A DNA stretch of 64,000 nt from Candidatus Poribacteria bacterium (GCA_963663765.2 CAXXUA010000013.1:256001-320000); one strand, 5' to 3'. Positions 10,795 through 21,557 are shown, counted from the stretch's first letter. Notes: generated from the letters alone by a model not told the origin. A program made the numbers and translations.

Positions 10795-11763
10795 TTATAA
10801 TCGGGTTGCGACACGTAATTTTGCACTACGTGCACGCGGGTTAGTACCAATCTCATTTTCTGATGGCAAAACCGGACGTTTTGTAACAATTTTCAAACGC
10901 TTCTTATGCTCACATATACAGATAGGTGTCTTCGGAGGACAAATACAACTTTTCGCACACTTTTGAAAATGATGCTTCACTATTCTATCCTCAAGCGAGT
11001 GAAAACTAATTACAATAAGAACTCCACCCGGTTTCAATACATTGACTGCACCCTCTAAACCACAAGATAGATTCTCAAGTTCCTTGTTCACCGAAATACG
11101 TAATGCTTGAAAAACTCGCGTTGCTGGATGAATGTTTCTACTCTTTTTTAGGCTTGATCGGATTGATCTTGACTTCGGCTTGTAATAAGAATATACATCT
11201 TCTACGATACCTGCAAGTTGGATAGTTGTTTTTACCGGTATTTTCTCACGTACAAAGACAATATTTTCTGCAATTTGCTTGGCATATCGTTCTTCACCGT
11301 ACTCTTTGAATATATCTGATAGTTTTTCAACAGGACTGTCGTTGATTATATCTGCAGCAGAAGTTGACATCTCAACATCCATTCGCATATCTAAAGGTCC
11401 TACTCGTTGAAAACTGAAGCCTCTATCAGCAGAATCAAGATGTAATGAAGACACTCCCAGATCCAACAATACACCATCTACTTCGCTAATCCCAAAGTCT
11501 AATAATAAGTTATGAATTTGGGCAAAGTTGCCTTTTACCAGACTGAACCGTTCCTTGTATAATTGCAACCTTTTTTTAGTGATTTCAAGCGCATGCACAT
11601 CAAGATCAATACCAATCAACCTACCATTCGGAGATGAATGTTCTAATATACACTGACTGTGTCCACCTAAACCAATGGTGGCATCTACATAAACGCCCTC
11701 CGATTTTGGTTTGAGAAAATCAATCACCTCATCTCGTAAAACTGGAATGTGTGATTCCGACAT
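10795..11763 (-). CDS. rsmH: 16S rRNA m4C1402 methyltransferase
   Basis: HIPVL, DATIGLGGHS, DLGVSS, RGFSF, HPATRVFQALRI, ISFHSLEDRIVK, NPRARSAKLR. Confidence 0.97.
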   Translation of the reverse strand: MSESHIPVLRDEVIDFLKPKSEGVYVDATIGLGGHSQCILEHSSPNGRLIGIDLDVHALEITKKRLQLYKERFSLVKGNFAQIHNLLLDFGISEVDGVLLDLGVSSLHLDSADRGFSFQRVGPLDMRMDVEMSTSAADIINDSPVEKLSDIFKEYGEERYAKQIAENIVFVREKIPVKTTIQLAGIVEDVYSYYKPKSRSIRSSLKKSRNIHPATRVFQALRISVNKELENLSCGLEGAVNVLKPGGVLIVISFHSLEDRIVKHHFQKCAKSCICPPKTPICICEHKKRLKIVTKRPVLPSENEIGTNPRARSAKLRVATRL

Positions 11764-11792
11764 ATTCTAACCTCACCATTTAACTATCATAT

Positions 11793-11808
11793 AGCAATAT
11801 TTATGCCA
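11793..11808 (-). promoter_or_regulatory. putative sigma54 -24/-12 promoter for the dcw operon
   Basis: Minus strand reads TGGCAT-AAATA-TTGCT (consensus TGGCAC-N5-TTGCW), 30 bp upstream of rsmH ATG, followed by GGTGAGG SD. Confidence 0.6.
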
Positions 11809-11894
11809 ATATGTTGTTGTAGTCATATTCCTTTTGAATTGTACAAAACAATGGGAAACACACAGCATTTTTTATTGTATTTTATTAGTGACAT

Positions 11895-11903
11895 TGTTAT
11901 AAT
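11895..11903 (+). promoter_or_regulatory. extended -10 element upstream of nadD
   Basis: TGtTATAAT about 120 bp before nadD ATG. Confidence 0.4.
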
Positions 11904-12024
11904 GTTTAATGCAAACTATCGTCAGAATTCAACAAGAACTATCGCATAAATCAAACGGTTTTTCAGTTAAATAATACACAATCATTGTCAGAATATAAGT
12001 TTATTGCTACATGCGTAAAACACG

Positions 12025-12648
12025 ATGAGAATTGCAATCATGGGAGGCACCTTCAATCCTATACATTACGCACATTTGTTGAGTGCTGAACAAGTGCGTG
12101 AAGGATTAGAATTCAGCAAAATTATCTTTGTTCCCGCAGCTCGACCACCACACAAATTAAACCCAGAAATCATTGCTGCGGAGCATCGATATCAAATGGT
12201 CTTGCTAGCTACTGAAGACAACCCCTGTTTTGAAGTGTCACGAATTGAACTGGATCGTAAAGGCCCCTCATATACTATCCAAACAATTAAAGTATTACGC
12301 AGAATATATGGCGAAACAACCGATTTGGCATGGATCATCGGAGCAGATTCACTAATTGAATACAAAATATGGAAAGACTTTGATGAAGTACTTGAACAGT
12401 GCACTTTGATTGCAACAACACGACCAAATTACAACTTACAACAAGTTCCATTAGAAATATTAAATCGGGTTAAGACCTTTCAAATCACTGGGTTTGATAT
12501 GTCTGCAACTGCAATTCGACAACGTATCCGAAACAATATATCTATCCGTTACCTTGTCCCAGAAACAGTAGCAGATTATATAAACCAACATCAATTATAT
12601 AGGCCTGTCGGTCTTAGCAAAGAAAACACACATCAGAATATTAGATAA
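12025..12648 (+). CDS. nadD: nicotinate-nucleotide adenylyltransferase
   Basis: GGTFNPIHYAH, PPHK, SYTIQT, IIGADSL, SATAIR. Confidence 0.95.
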   Translation: MRIAIMGGTFNPIHYAHLLSAEQVREGLEFSKIIFVPAARPPHKLNPEIIAAEHRYQMVLLATEDNPCFEVSRIELDRKGPSYTIQTIKVLRRIYGETTDLAWIIGADSLIEYKIWKDFDEVLEQCTLIATTRPNYNLQQVPLEILNRVKTFQITGFDMSATAIRQRIRNNISIRYLVPETVADYINQHQLYRPVGLSKENTHQNIR

Positions 12649-12695
12649 AATAAAGCATACGCTTACACATCATAATTACTTGAAAGGATTTTACG

Positions 12696-12929
12696 ATGAA
12701 ACTCAAATGTAGTTTATGTGGAACACCTTATGAATTTGTCTATAAAAAAGAAAAAACTTTGCCAGAACACTTTCCATTTTGTAGTAACAGATGCAAGTCA
12801 ATAGATTTAGGAAAATGGCTAAACGAAGAATACATAATCAGTACACCACTACCTGAGGTAGAAGAATTAACTGATATTCAAAGACAAGTTCTTGATGTAT
12901 TAAAGGAAAAATCTGAAAAAAGTTGCTAA
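12696..12929 (+). CDS. yacG: DNA gyrase inhibitor YacG
   Basis: CxxC...FPFCSNRCKSIDLGKWLNEEY zinc-finger signature. Confidence 0.88.
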   Translation: MKLKCSLCGTPYEFVYKKEKTLPEHFPFCSNRCKSIDLGKWLNEEYIISTPLPEVEELTDIQRQVLDVLKEKSEKSC

Positions 12930-13604
12930 ATGATGAAACAATTAAAGGATATGACGAAAAATAAACCATTACCTGTAAACGGAAAAATACAATCATCGTT
13001 TCCTACAATAATTGAACTCAGGAAACAACCAAAGTCAATCGCTATACAGAATTATCTAATTGAAAAACTTGATCCTGAACGTTACGATCATGTCTTATCT
13101 GTTCAAGAGACGGCAGTGACGTTAGCTAAGCTACATAATGCTGATGTTCAAAAAGTCAGTGTCGCAGCACTCCTACATGACGTTGTAAAATGGATGACTG
13201 ACGATCAGTTGTATGCCGCTGTATCACGATACAATATAGAACTTGACCCAATTGAACAGAATATGCCTGCATTATTACACGCAATTGTAGGAGTGAAGTA
13301 TGCAATCGACTTGTTCCAAGTTACCGATTTAGATATTCTTGAAGCAATAAGATGTCACACAACAGGTAACGCATCAATGGGTATTACTGCAAAACTTATT
13401 TATGTCGCAGACTTTACCGAACCTACACGAGATTACATTGAAGCTGCCCAGGTGAGAAAACTTGCTGAAAAACATTTGAACCAAGCAGTTCATTATGTGG
13501 CACTAAGCAAAATCAAATTTTTGCTACAAAAGGGTTATATAATACATCCAAATACTATCCATACATACAACAGTACACTGGAAGAGAAAAATATTTCTTT
13601 TTGA
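12930..13604 (+). CDS. yqeK: HD-domain Ap4A hydrolase YqeK
   Basis: RYDHVLSV, ALLHD, LLHA, CHTTG, YVADFTEP; nadD-rsfS context. Confidence 0.9.
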   Translation: MMKQLKDMTKNKPLPVNGKIQSSFPTIIELRKQPKSIAIQNYLIEKLDPERYDHVLSVQETAVTLAKLHNADVQKVSVAALLHDVVKWMTDDQLYAAVSRYNIELDPIEQNMPALLHAIVGVKYAIDLFQVTDLDILEAIRCHTTGNASMGITAKLIYVADFTEPTRDYIEAAQVRKLAEKHLNQAVHYVALSKIKFLLQKGYIIHPNTIHTYNSTLEEKNISF

Positions 13605-13715
13605 CTATCATGGATTACCAAAAAGTTTTGACATACTTAGAACCGTTTTTTTAATGTAAACACTCACTGAAATAAGAGCTTAAAGAATTTATAGTAAAGC
13701 ATAAAATTACTTAGA

Positions 13716-13837
13716 CTAGGACTTACGCACCAAATGGTAGGCGTGTTTTGTAAGCGCGCTGGAAACATAAATAATGTTGAAATTTACATTATTTTCACAC
13801 AATTCTTGATTAAATCATGAAAACTGCATAAATCCTG
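13716..13837. mobile_element. MITE family A, copy 1 (122 bp)
   Basis: Ends ctAGGACTTACGCA / TGCATAAATCCTG; flanked by ttaga on both sides; four more copies in window. Confidence 0.8.
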
Positions 13838-13998
13838 TTAGACATTTCTTTAGTACAACCTGTTTGGTTGTGCAGAAACCGAACACAACAGAACAAGCTG
13901 TGATACAACACACGCAGTCTGTTAGGCTTGCTAAACGCATTGATCAATGTGTTAATGTAATTCTATAATTTACTATATATTGATTAGGAGAAGAAAAT

Positions 13999-14451
13999 AT
14001 GATGGAAAATAATAATACATTAGAAATTGTAAAAGCAGCCGCATCCGCTGCAGTAAGTCGCCGCGCACAAAATCCCGTAATTCTTGATCTACGCAAATTG
14101 GATTGTTTTACCGACTACTTCGCCATTTTTAGTGGGATATCTGATGTACAAGTTGAAGGAATATCCGAAGCTATCTTAGAAGAACTTCAGGAAAACTGGA
14201 AGCAAACACCTTGGCACCGAGAGGGAACAAATAAAGCTGATTGGATTCTATTAGATTATATAGATTTTGTTGTGCACATATTCTTAGATGAAACCCGTTC
14301 ATATTATAATCTTGAACGTCTGTGGGCAGAAGCTCCAAACATCCAAATCCCTGAAATGGATACAATTCCAACAATAGACGAACCACAAGTTTATGATGAA
14401 GATGAAATTGTCTTAGGTCTTGTTTCAGCTGAAGAGGGGGGACAGTCATAA
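13999..14451 (+). CDS. rsfS: ribosome silencing factor
   Basis: TDYFAIFSG, WILLDYIDFVVHIF, RSYYNLERLW. Confidence 0.94.
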   Translation: MMENNNTLEIVKAAASAAVSRRAQNPVILDLRKLDCFTDYFAIFSGISDVQVEGISEAILEELQENWKQTPWHREGTNKADWILLDYIDFVVHIFLDETRSYYNLERLWAEAPNIQIPEMDTIPTIDEPQVYDEDEIVLGLVSAEEGGQS

Positions 14452-14509
14452 GAGGTTTGAAGACAAGTTCTCAAAAATCAAATCATAATTTGCAGATAGA
14501 CTCAAAAAA

Positions 14510-15244
14510 CTAATCAATATTACTTAAGAGAACTGTTACATTATCAGTACCTCCATAAGCAAGCGCTCTACTAATCAGGTTTTCACTCGCCGCCTCAAGG
14601 GATGGTGCTGTAGATATTATATTACGTGTTTCTGTGTCATTCGTAATAAGGTCATGCAAACCATCTGTACAAGCTAACACAATATCTCCAGGTGCAAGAG
14701 GAAATACATCTGACGCAAGCTTCACTTCAGGGGTTAATCCAATGGCTTGCGTTATGATATTACGTCTCGCATGAACACGACCTTCTTCAGGAGTAATTTC
14801 ACCCTTCTCTATCATCCTTTGTACTAATGAATCGTCTGTGGTTATTTGAATGAGAATATCATTATGGAGGACATACAACCGACTATCGCCAACATGCACA
14901 TAAGCCAAATAACTCGGTGTAACAAAACCTGCAGTCAAAGTCGTACCCATTCTTTGGTACTTCAACGATTCCTTACCCATAGCATATACACGTTCATTGG
15001 CTTCGGTAGCAAGTCTTTCCAAAATATTAAGACTATTTATAGGTCCCAAATCACTTACAGGATTAGCTGCTTCCGCCGTCCACTCCTCAAATATTTGAAG
15101 CGCAAGTTTACTCGCAATATCACCACGAGCATGACCACTCATACCATCAGCGATCGCAAACAAACGCTTCGATTCGTCAAAAAAATAGTAATCTTCGTTT
15201 CTTTCACGAAGATTACCTATATCTGTTTTAGCTATAAAATTCAT
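14510..15244 (-). CDS. PP2C-family Ser/Thr protein phosphatase (Stp1/PrpC type)
   Basis: TDIGNLRERNED, ADGMSGH, MGTT, HVGDSR, CTDGL, GGTDNVT; ATG 15244 preferred. Confidence 0.92.
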   Translation of the reverse strand: MNFIAKTDIGNLRERNEDYYFFDESKRLFAIADGMSGHARGDIASKLALQIFEEWTAEAANPVSDLGPINSLNILERLATEANERVYAMGKESLKYQRMGTTLTAGFVTPSYLAYVHVGDSRLYVLHNDILIQITTDDSLVQRMIEKGEITPEEGRVHARRNIITQAIGLTPEVKLASDVFPLAPGDIVLACTDGLHDLITNDTETRNIISTAPSLEAASENLISRALAYGGTDNVTVLLSNID

Positions 15245-15427
15245 CTGTTTATACCCTTCCCCTGAAACATTCAAATATTATAACGAAAACTATTTCAGTT
15301 TGTTTCATTTTGAACATAAAGTTATTAAGTTATTAAATAGAAAAATCAATTTATTTATTATGACTAATTATGGCTAATTATGCTGATTGGCTTGAACGGT
15401 ACACTAATCCTGTTCTTATAGTCATTA

Positions 15428-15651
15428 TAGTACCAATTTTAAATAATATTTTCCCATTACGAAATCCAACTTTTATTGTTGGTTGGAGGAATCTATCTTC
15501 AGTAGGAGCGACCCGCGGAATACCTTCTACTAAATTTGACCTAATTTGTAGGTGCAGGTCTCCAGGGAATGCCAACATCCATTCATATCTGACGAATACT
15601 CTATCGCATTCATATCGTTGATTTGTACCTACAAACTTTAGAATTTGTAAT
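15428..15651. repeat. degenerate MITE-like element (family C) with REP-like cargo
   Basis: Ends tagtaccaattttaaa / tttagaatttgtaat resemble those of 24471..24627; internal GTAG-starting motifs. Confidence 0.4.
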
Positions 15652-15701
15652 GTCTAAAATATATGAGACATTAGAAAATCGTAATGACGACTCAAAAAAA
15701 C

Positions 15702-15730
15702 TTGACAAACACAAAAATACATGTTAAAAT
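15702..15730 (+). promoter_or_regulatory. sigma70-type promoter
   Basis: TTGACA-17bp-TAAAAT with TG extension, about 400 bp upstream of the dipeptidase. Confidence 0.5.
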
Positions 15731-16133
15731 AAATATAACATATAAAATATATTGAAAATTCATACAGATAAAAACATAAATATAAAAGTTTCCAAAAACT
15801 GAAAATATTTTTTCAAAATAAAGAAATATCACAATGAACATACACGTAGACAGACATAAGAGCAATTTATAAATGTTTCCAAGAAAAAGAAAAATGTTTT
15901 CATTTGAAAACATTTTGCAAGGATGGACGAAAAAACTGTATTATTTTATTCTTTGAAAGGCAGAGGTAAAGCGCAGTCGTATGTCTTTTGTAATATGATC
16001 ACAGTAAAAGATATCTTTTGTAACTCAAACAAAATAAAGATTAAATAAATATTTCTGTTATCCAATAGAGAAAAACGTCCGTAGGGACGGGATTTCCTTG
16101 TCCGAATACTACTTTACTATAAAGGAACTTTTG

Positions 16134-17186
16134 ATGTCAGATTCTACCAATATTCCTGATTTTCATAAACAGTCCCTCGTGATTGATTCACATAACGATT
16201 CCATCGTCGCACACATCCGCCGACGAAACATCAGTCTTGCAGACGAATACAAAAAGAACCCTAATCAACACAGCGGCACAATTGCTTATCTACGTGGACG
16301 AGTACCCTCAGAAGAAGATTCTATCGGCATTCAGCTCAATATACCAAAAATGCGTGAGGGAGGAATTGACGCTGCGTTCTTTGCTGTAGATGTAACACGC
16401 GCATGGAAAAATCATCTCTCCTATGCATTAGACGCTTTCGGGTGGTTCAGTACAGAGGTAGAAATCAACACCTCCGAAATTTCCATCATTCGCAATGCTG
16501 TAGACATTCAGAATGCTAAGGCTGATGGAAAAATCGCTGCTATACTCGCAATTGAAAACAGCGAAGCTGTGGAACGAAGTCTAAATATACTGAAGTCCCT
16601 TTATCTGCTCGGTGTGCGGTCTATCGGATTAACGCACAACCCAAACACATGGGCAGCATCGGGCAATGATGAAGGAGAAACCGGAGGAGGATTGACAAAA
16701 TTCGGTGTTCAGTTGGTGAAAGAAATGAATAGAATTGGAATGCTTGTAGATGTATCGCACATCAGTGAACGCGGGTTTTGGGATGTTTTAGATGTTTCTG
16801 ATGCACCCGTCATCGCCTCACATAGCAACTGCAAAACATTGTGCAACCATTCGCGTAATCTCACTAACGAACAACTTAAGGCAATTGCTGCCAACGACGG
16901 TGTGGTAGGCATCACCTTTGTACCAGGTTTCATCACGGTAGACGGTTGGAAAAAAACACCTACTTTCGCACAACTACTGAATCACATTGATTACGCAGTA
17001 GATATAGCAGGTATTGACCATGTAGGAATAGGTTCAGATTTTGACGGTGGCGGTGATTTACTCAAAGACGCAACTGAATACCCAAGAATCACTGATGGCT
17101 TAAAAGATCGGGGTTATTCAGATACAGCAACACAGAAAATTTTGGGAAGAAATATACTGCGTGTCTTTGAATCCGCATGTGGTTAA
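16134..17186 (+). CDS. membrane dipeptidase (peptidase M19)
   Basis: DSHND, DVSH, ASHSN, VGIGSDFDGG, ILGRNILRV; ATG 16134 after AAGGA. Confidence 0.92.
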   Translation: MSDSTNIPDFHKQSLVIDSHNDSIVAHIRRRNISLADEYKKNPNQHSGTIAYLRGRVPSEEDSIGIQLNIPKMREGGIDAAFFAVDVTRAWKNHLSYALDAFGWFSTEVEINTSEISIIRNAVDIQNAKADGKIAAILAIENSEAVERSLNILKSLYLLGVRSIGLTHNPNTWAASGNDEGETGGGLTKFGVQLVKEMNRIGMLVDVSHISERGFWDVLDVSDAPVIASHSNCKTLCNHSRNLTNEQLKAIAANDGVVGITFVPGFITVDGWKKTPTFAQLLNHIDYAVDIAGIDHVGIGSDFDGGGDLLKDATEYPRITDGLKDRGYSDTATQKILGRNILRVFESACG

Positions 17187-17268
17187 ACTATGAACCAGAG
17201 ATCAAAGAAAACTTCAACCCCCACATAAAATAAGAAAGCTTAGCAGAATTTATCTAAGGAAAATTCCT

Positions 17269-19152
17269 ATGAAATCAACATTTTCTACTCTGGTTATACT
17301 GTTTTTCTCATTCTTCTGTTTCACATATTACCCACTACCTGCATCTGCACAAGATTACACCAAATGGGAACTACCTCAAAATGCAAAGGTACGACTTGGA
17401 AAGGGAATGTTAATCGGAAATATCGCGTTTTCTCCTGATAGTTCACAGATAGCCGTCTGTTCAACCATCGGTGTTTGGATTTACGACGCAGTTAATGAAA
17501 AAGAACAACATCTCTTTAGAAAACATGCAGATAAATGGGTACGGTGTGTTGCATATTCACCTGATGGATCTACCATTGCAGTCGGTGATGGGGGGAGAGA
17601 TAACAAAAACTTATACTTGATTGATGCCACAACTGAAGAATTAATCACCAGACTAAAACATGATTATGGAAGCGTTTTTTCTGTTGCTTTTTCTCTCAAT
17701 GGAAATACCCTCGTCAGCGGAGGAAATAACTACATACGTATCTGGAATCTCAATACAATGGAAGAAATTGCTAATAATGTACATCCTAGGGGTAAGGTCG
17801 ATTCCATAGCCTTTTCTCCTAAGGGGAATACAATTGCAAGTGCTGACGATCAAAATGTATTCTTGTGGGATGCTACCTCTGGTGAGCAAAAAGCTACGTT
17901 CAGTGGTCATATTGCTCACGGACCAGGACAAATCTATTCTGTCGCGTTTTCTCCTGATGGGAAAACTGTCGCAAGTGCTGGTAAAGATAAAACCGTAATA
18001 TTATGGGATGTGGAAACTGAATCTATTCACCGAGTCCTTACTGGACATCGTGATGAAGTACTTTCTGTAGCATTTTCTCCTGATGGACAGATCATCGTTA
18101 GCGGATGTAAGAACAGTATAATAAGACTGTGGAACGCATCCACAGGTAGAGTCAAAGCTGCTCTCTCTGGACATAAAGGTGCAGTAAAATCAGTTGTGTT
18201 TTCACCTGATGGAAATTCTATAGCAAGTGCAAGCGAAGAGGATGGAACGGTAAAACTGTGGGATGTAAAAACAAGAAAAGTTAAACACACTTTTGATGGT
18301 CATTTGAGTTCTGTTCATGACATCGGTTATTCACCTGACGGCAAAATTATCGCTACTGACCATGATGAAAAACATTTATGTTTGTGGGATGCACAAACCG
18401 GACATCTCATTTCCAAACTTCTTAGTAATGAAAGCGATTCACTTGCATTTTCACCTGAAGGAAAAACTATCGTTGTGGGAAGAATCGATGGGTTAGGACT
18501 ATGGAATGTAGACACCAAAACGTATAAGCCAGTGCGCATCTCAAAAAAAGGAGTAGTATATTCAATTGCATATTCTCCAAATGGTAAAACTGTCGTCAGC
18601 GGAAGCGGAAATGAGTTGAATTTGTGGGATTTGACGACAAAAACACACATATCCACCCTTTCCGGGCATACCGATACAGTTCGTTCTGTCGTCTTCTCCC
18701 CCAGTGGAAACATAATTGCATCGGCAAGCGAAGACAAAACCTTACGTTTATGGAACGTAACCACTCAAGCTGAAAAAGGAATTCTAAATGGACACACTGA
18801 GAGAGTTCAAGCTGTTGCATTTTCTCCTGATGGTAAAAGACTTGTGAGTGGCGATATGGAAGGCGAAGTACGTTTATGGGATGCGACAACAGGAGAAGCA
18901 ATCTCTCTGCTTGCTAAACATGATTCGTTTGTACATTCAATCGCGTTTTCTCCTGATGGAAAAACCATACTTGGTGGAGGTGGGAATAGTTTTACAACAG
19001 TTTTGTGGGATGCAAAATCAGGTGAAATATTAGCAACCTTTGAAAAACATAACAGCACTGTCTACCATGCAATATTCTCTCCTGATGGTAAGACTATAGC
19101 CAGCACAGGACGGGATGGCGTAGTCCTGCTATGGGACAGTCCCACTGAATAA
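17269..19152 (+). CDS. secreted WD40-repeat protein (about 14 blades)
   Basis: Signal peptide; repeated GH...V.SVAFSPDG..IAS...D.T..LWD units. Confidence 0.95.
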   Translation: MKSTFSTLVILFFSFFCFTYYPLPASAQDYTKWELPQNAKVRLGKGMLIGNIAFSPDSSQIAVCSTIGVWIYDAVNEKEQHLFRKHADKWVRCVAYSPDGSTIAVGDGGRDNKNLYLIDATTEELITRLKHDYGSVFSVAFSLNGNTLVSGGNNYIRIWNLNTMEEIANNVHPRGKVDSIAFSPKGNTIASADDQNVFLWDATSGEQKATFSGHIAHGPGQIYSVAFSPDGKTVASAGKDKTVILWDVETESIHRVLTGHRDEVLSVAFSPDGQIIVSGCKNSIIRLWNASTGRVKAALSGHKGAVKSVVFSPDGNSIASASEEDGTVKLWDVKTRKVKHTFDGHLSSVHDIGYSPDGKIIATDHDEKHLCLWDAQTGHLISKLLSNESDSLAFSPEGKTIVVGRIDGLGLWNVDTKTYKPVRISKKGVVYSIAYSPNGKTVVSGSGNELNLWDLTTKTHISTLSGHTDTVRSVVFSPSGNIIASASEDKTLRLWNVTTQAEKGILNGHTERVQAVAFSPDGKRLVSGDMEGEVRLWDATTGEAISLLAKHDSFVHSIAFSPDGKTILGGGGNSFTTVLWDAKSGEILATFEKHNSTVYHAIFSPDGKTIASTGRDGVVLLWDSPTE

Positions 19153-19181
19153 GATGTCAATTTACATCAAAACAATTGCTA

Positions 19182-20174
19182 TCAGTCAATCATTTGACAA
19201 ATTGTATCCCATACCTCATCAACAGAAATCTTTTTCATACAAATGTTATCTTTACATTTATCTGTAAACTGTTTACAAGGACTACACGGCACATCATGAC
19301 GAATAACATGATGCTTCTCACCAATAGGTTGGAATTTTACATGATTACCAGGACCAAATAAGGCTAAAGTAGGGGTATTCACTGCAGTTGCAATATGCAT
19401 AGGACCAGTATCATTGGAAAGAAACAAATCACACTTTTCTATACAAGCAGCTAACTGCCGAAGATGGAGTACACCTGCAAAAGAATAGGATGGGTGTTGC
19501 ATCAGACTGGAAACGCTTCGAACAAGTTCCACCTCTTTCGGTCCACCAAATAGAATAACCTGAGCGTTGAATTCTTCCACAAGTCTATCACCAATAGCAG
19601 CAAAACGATCTGGCATCCATTCACGTAACTTCCAGCCTGCACCTGGGAATAGACCTATCTTTAAAGGAATCTCTGAAATACCTGCTTCTTCAAAGGTAAA
19701 ACACGCATCTGCGCGCTCAGTGTTTGATAGAAATATTTCTAATTGACGATCTTCGGCAGGAATACCAGCAGCACGCAATAGATCAAAATAGTGTTCCGTG
19801 GCATGTTTATTCCCCTGAACAGGAACACGAATGGTACATAACATACCCTTTCCGACACGTTCTGAGGCACCGCTGAAATACATTAGGAGTTCTGTCCGAA
19901 ACCTACGTTGAAAATCAAATGAAACTGCAAATTCACGTTGACGCAAAATACGAACAATCCGAAGCATCTCTTTTGTATCCTTGTCTTTGGCTGTCCGATT
20001 AAATTGAATGATCTCATTAAGGTGAGGGTTATTTCTAAGAACATCTGCTGATTGTTTAGCAACAAGCATCGCTAAATAAGCCTTGGGGTAGTGGGTACGG
20101 ATTGCACGAATAGCAGGGGTTGTCAACACAATATCTCCAAGAGAACTTAGCCGAATCAGTAATATCTTTTCCAT
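19182..20174 (-). CDS. GT9 glycosyltransferase (LPS heptosyltransferase-like)
   Basis: RLSSLGDIVLTTP, SNDTGPMHIA, LFGP, CSPC. Confidence 0.9.
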   Translation of the reverse strand: MEKILLIRLSSLGDIVLTTPAIRAIRTHYPKAYLAMLVAKQSADVLRNNPHLNEIIQFNRTAKDKDTKEMLRIVRILRQREFAVSFDFQRRFRTELLMYFSGASERVGKGMLCTIRVPVQGNKHATEHYFDLLRAAGIPAEDRQLEIFLSNTERADACFTFEEAGISEIPLKIGLFPGAGWKLREWMPDRFAAIGDRLVEEFNAQVILFGGPKEVELVRSVSSLMQHPSYSFAGVLHLRQLAACIEKCDLFLSNDTGPMHIATAVNTPTLALFGPGNHVKFQPIGEKHHVIRHDVPCSPCKQFTDKCKDNICMKKISVDEVWDTICQMID

Positions 20175-20309
20175 AGTTCTGAGTCCATTTTTGTTGGTGC
20201 AAAAACTTTCACAACATCTGAAAACGCAAAATAATGAAGAAACTTATACATGCGACTAAAAAATATTATCCTTCTAAGAAATCTTCTGCAACATCAATGA
20301 TAAATTATA

Positions 20310-21503
20310 CTATTCATAAGAAAAACTGACAACCTGTTTCTCAATACCTTTCATCGTTGCATCAACAAGTGCTGTAATATCAAGTCCCGCTTCTGCTTTA
20401 TCTAATTCTGAAACAGAAGCATGCGTAGCAGGATGCTTTGGAACAAAAAGAGAACAACAATCTTGATGTGGTTGTGTGGATATTTCAAATGTACCAATCT
20501 CCTCTGCTTTAGCAATGATTTCAACCTTATCAAAACCAATAAGCGGACGGAGAATCGGCATTTCAGCAATTGCTTCAATAGACCGAAGGTTAGTAAGGGT
20601 CTGTGAAGCAACTTGCGCAAGGCTTTCACCCGTAACGAGTGCTTCCGCATCAACACGCGAAGCAACATGTTGTGCAATCCGAGTCATCATTCTACGATAT
20701 AGCAAAACCCTAAACGGTGTTGGTGTTTCTGTTACAATAATTTGTTGAAGGTCAGCAAACGGAACTAAATAAACTTCGCTTCTATAATTTGACTCTGACA
20801 AGATACGAGCCAACTCAATTACCTTTTCTAAAGATGCTTTATCCGTATACGGATAACTATAGAAGTGGATAAAAACCGCCTTAGCACCCCGCTTAATCAT
20901 TTGCCAAGCAGCAACAGGAGAATCAATACCACCAGACAACATCACAAGTATTTTACCACTAACACCAACGGGTAGACCACCTATCCCTCGCTGTTTATTT
21001 GTATAGATATAAGCATCTTTATGGGATATATTAACCCAAAATCGCAGATCAGGATTGTACATATCCGCTTGTGTACCTGTCTTTTTTATCAAGTACCCTC
21101 CTACTTCACTACTAATCTCAGGAGAAGTCAATGGGAATGCCTTATCGGTCCGTTTCGTTTCTACTTTGAGTGTCTCAAATGTCTTACCTTCTGTCAACTG
21201 AAGAGCGGTTTCTTTTATAGCTGTGATGTCCTTTTCTGTCCGATAAACAAGTTCAAAATGAGCGATACCCATGACACGTCGAAGACGGTTCTCAATTTCT
21301 TTATTATCAGTTTCATCATTTAGATAGACAACAATTCTATCGTGTAATCTTTTTACTTCTACAAAGTCAGTATCCCGTAAGGAGAGTTTTATATTCCGCG
21401 CAAGTTTCTTTTCAAAATACAACCTATTTTTGCCTTTTAGTGCAACTTCAGCATAATGAATGACATAGTACTTATCAGTAGATTTCATTTTATACCCATT
21501 CAT
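20310..21503 (-). CDS. thiI: tRNA 4-thiouridine synthase (no rhodanese domain)
   Basis: YAEVALKGKNR, THUMP region, GGLPVG, SGGIDSPVA PP-loop, TGESLAQVASQT, DCC. Confidence 0.95.
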   Translation of the reverse strand: MNGYKMKSTDKYYVIHYAEVALKGKNRLYFEKKLARNIKLSLRDTDFVEVKRLHDRIVVYLNDETDNKEIENRLRRVMGIAHFELVYRTEKDITAIKETALQLTEGKTFETLKVETKRTDKAFPLTSPEISSEVGGYLIKKTGTQADMYNPDLRFWVNISHKDAYIYTNKQRGIGGLPVGVSGKILVMLSGGIDSPVAAWQMIKRGAKAVFIHFYSYPYTDKASLEKVIELARILSESNYRSEVYLVPFADLQQIIVTETPTPFRVLLYRRMMTRIAQHVASRVDAEALVTGESLAQVASQTLTNLRSIEAIAEMPILRPLIGFDKVEIIAKAEEIGTFEISTQPHQDCCSLFVPKHPATHASVSELDKAEAGLDITALVDATMKGIEKQVVSFSYE

Positions 21504-21557
21504 GTTGGATCACTATGTATATCTTCTTAGATTGCAATATTGATAATTGCAGATAAT

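Noticed and set aside
15370-15913. Short ORFs at 15370, 15378 and 15692
   Set aside because: They overlap repeat or AT-rich low-complexity DNA and lack an SD or recognisable motifs.
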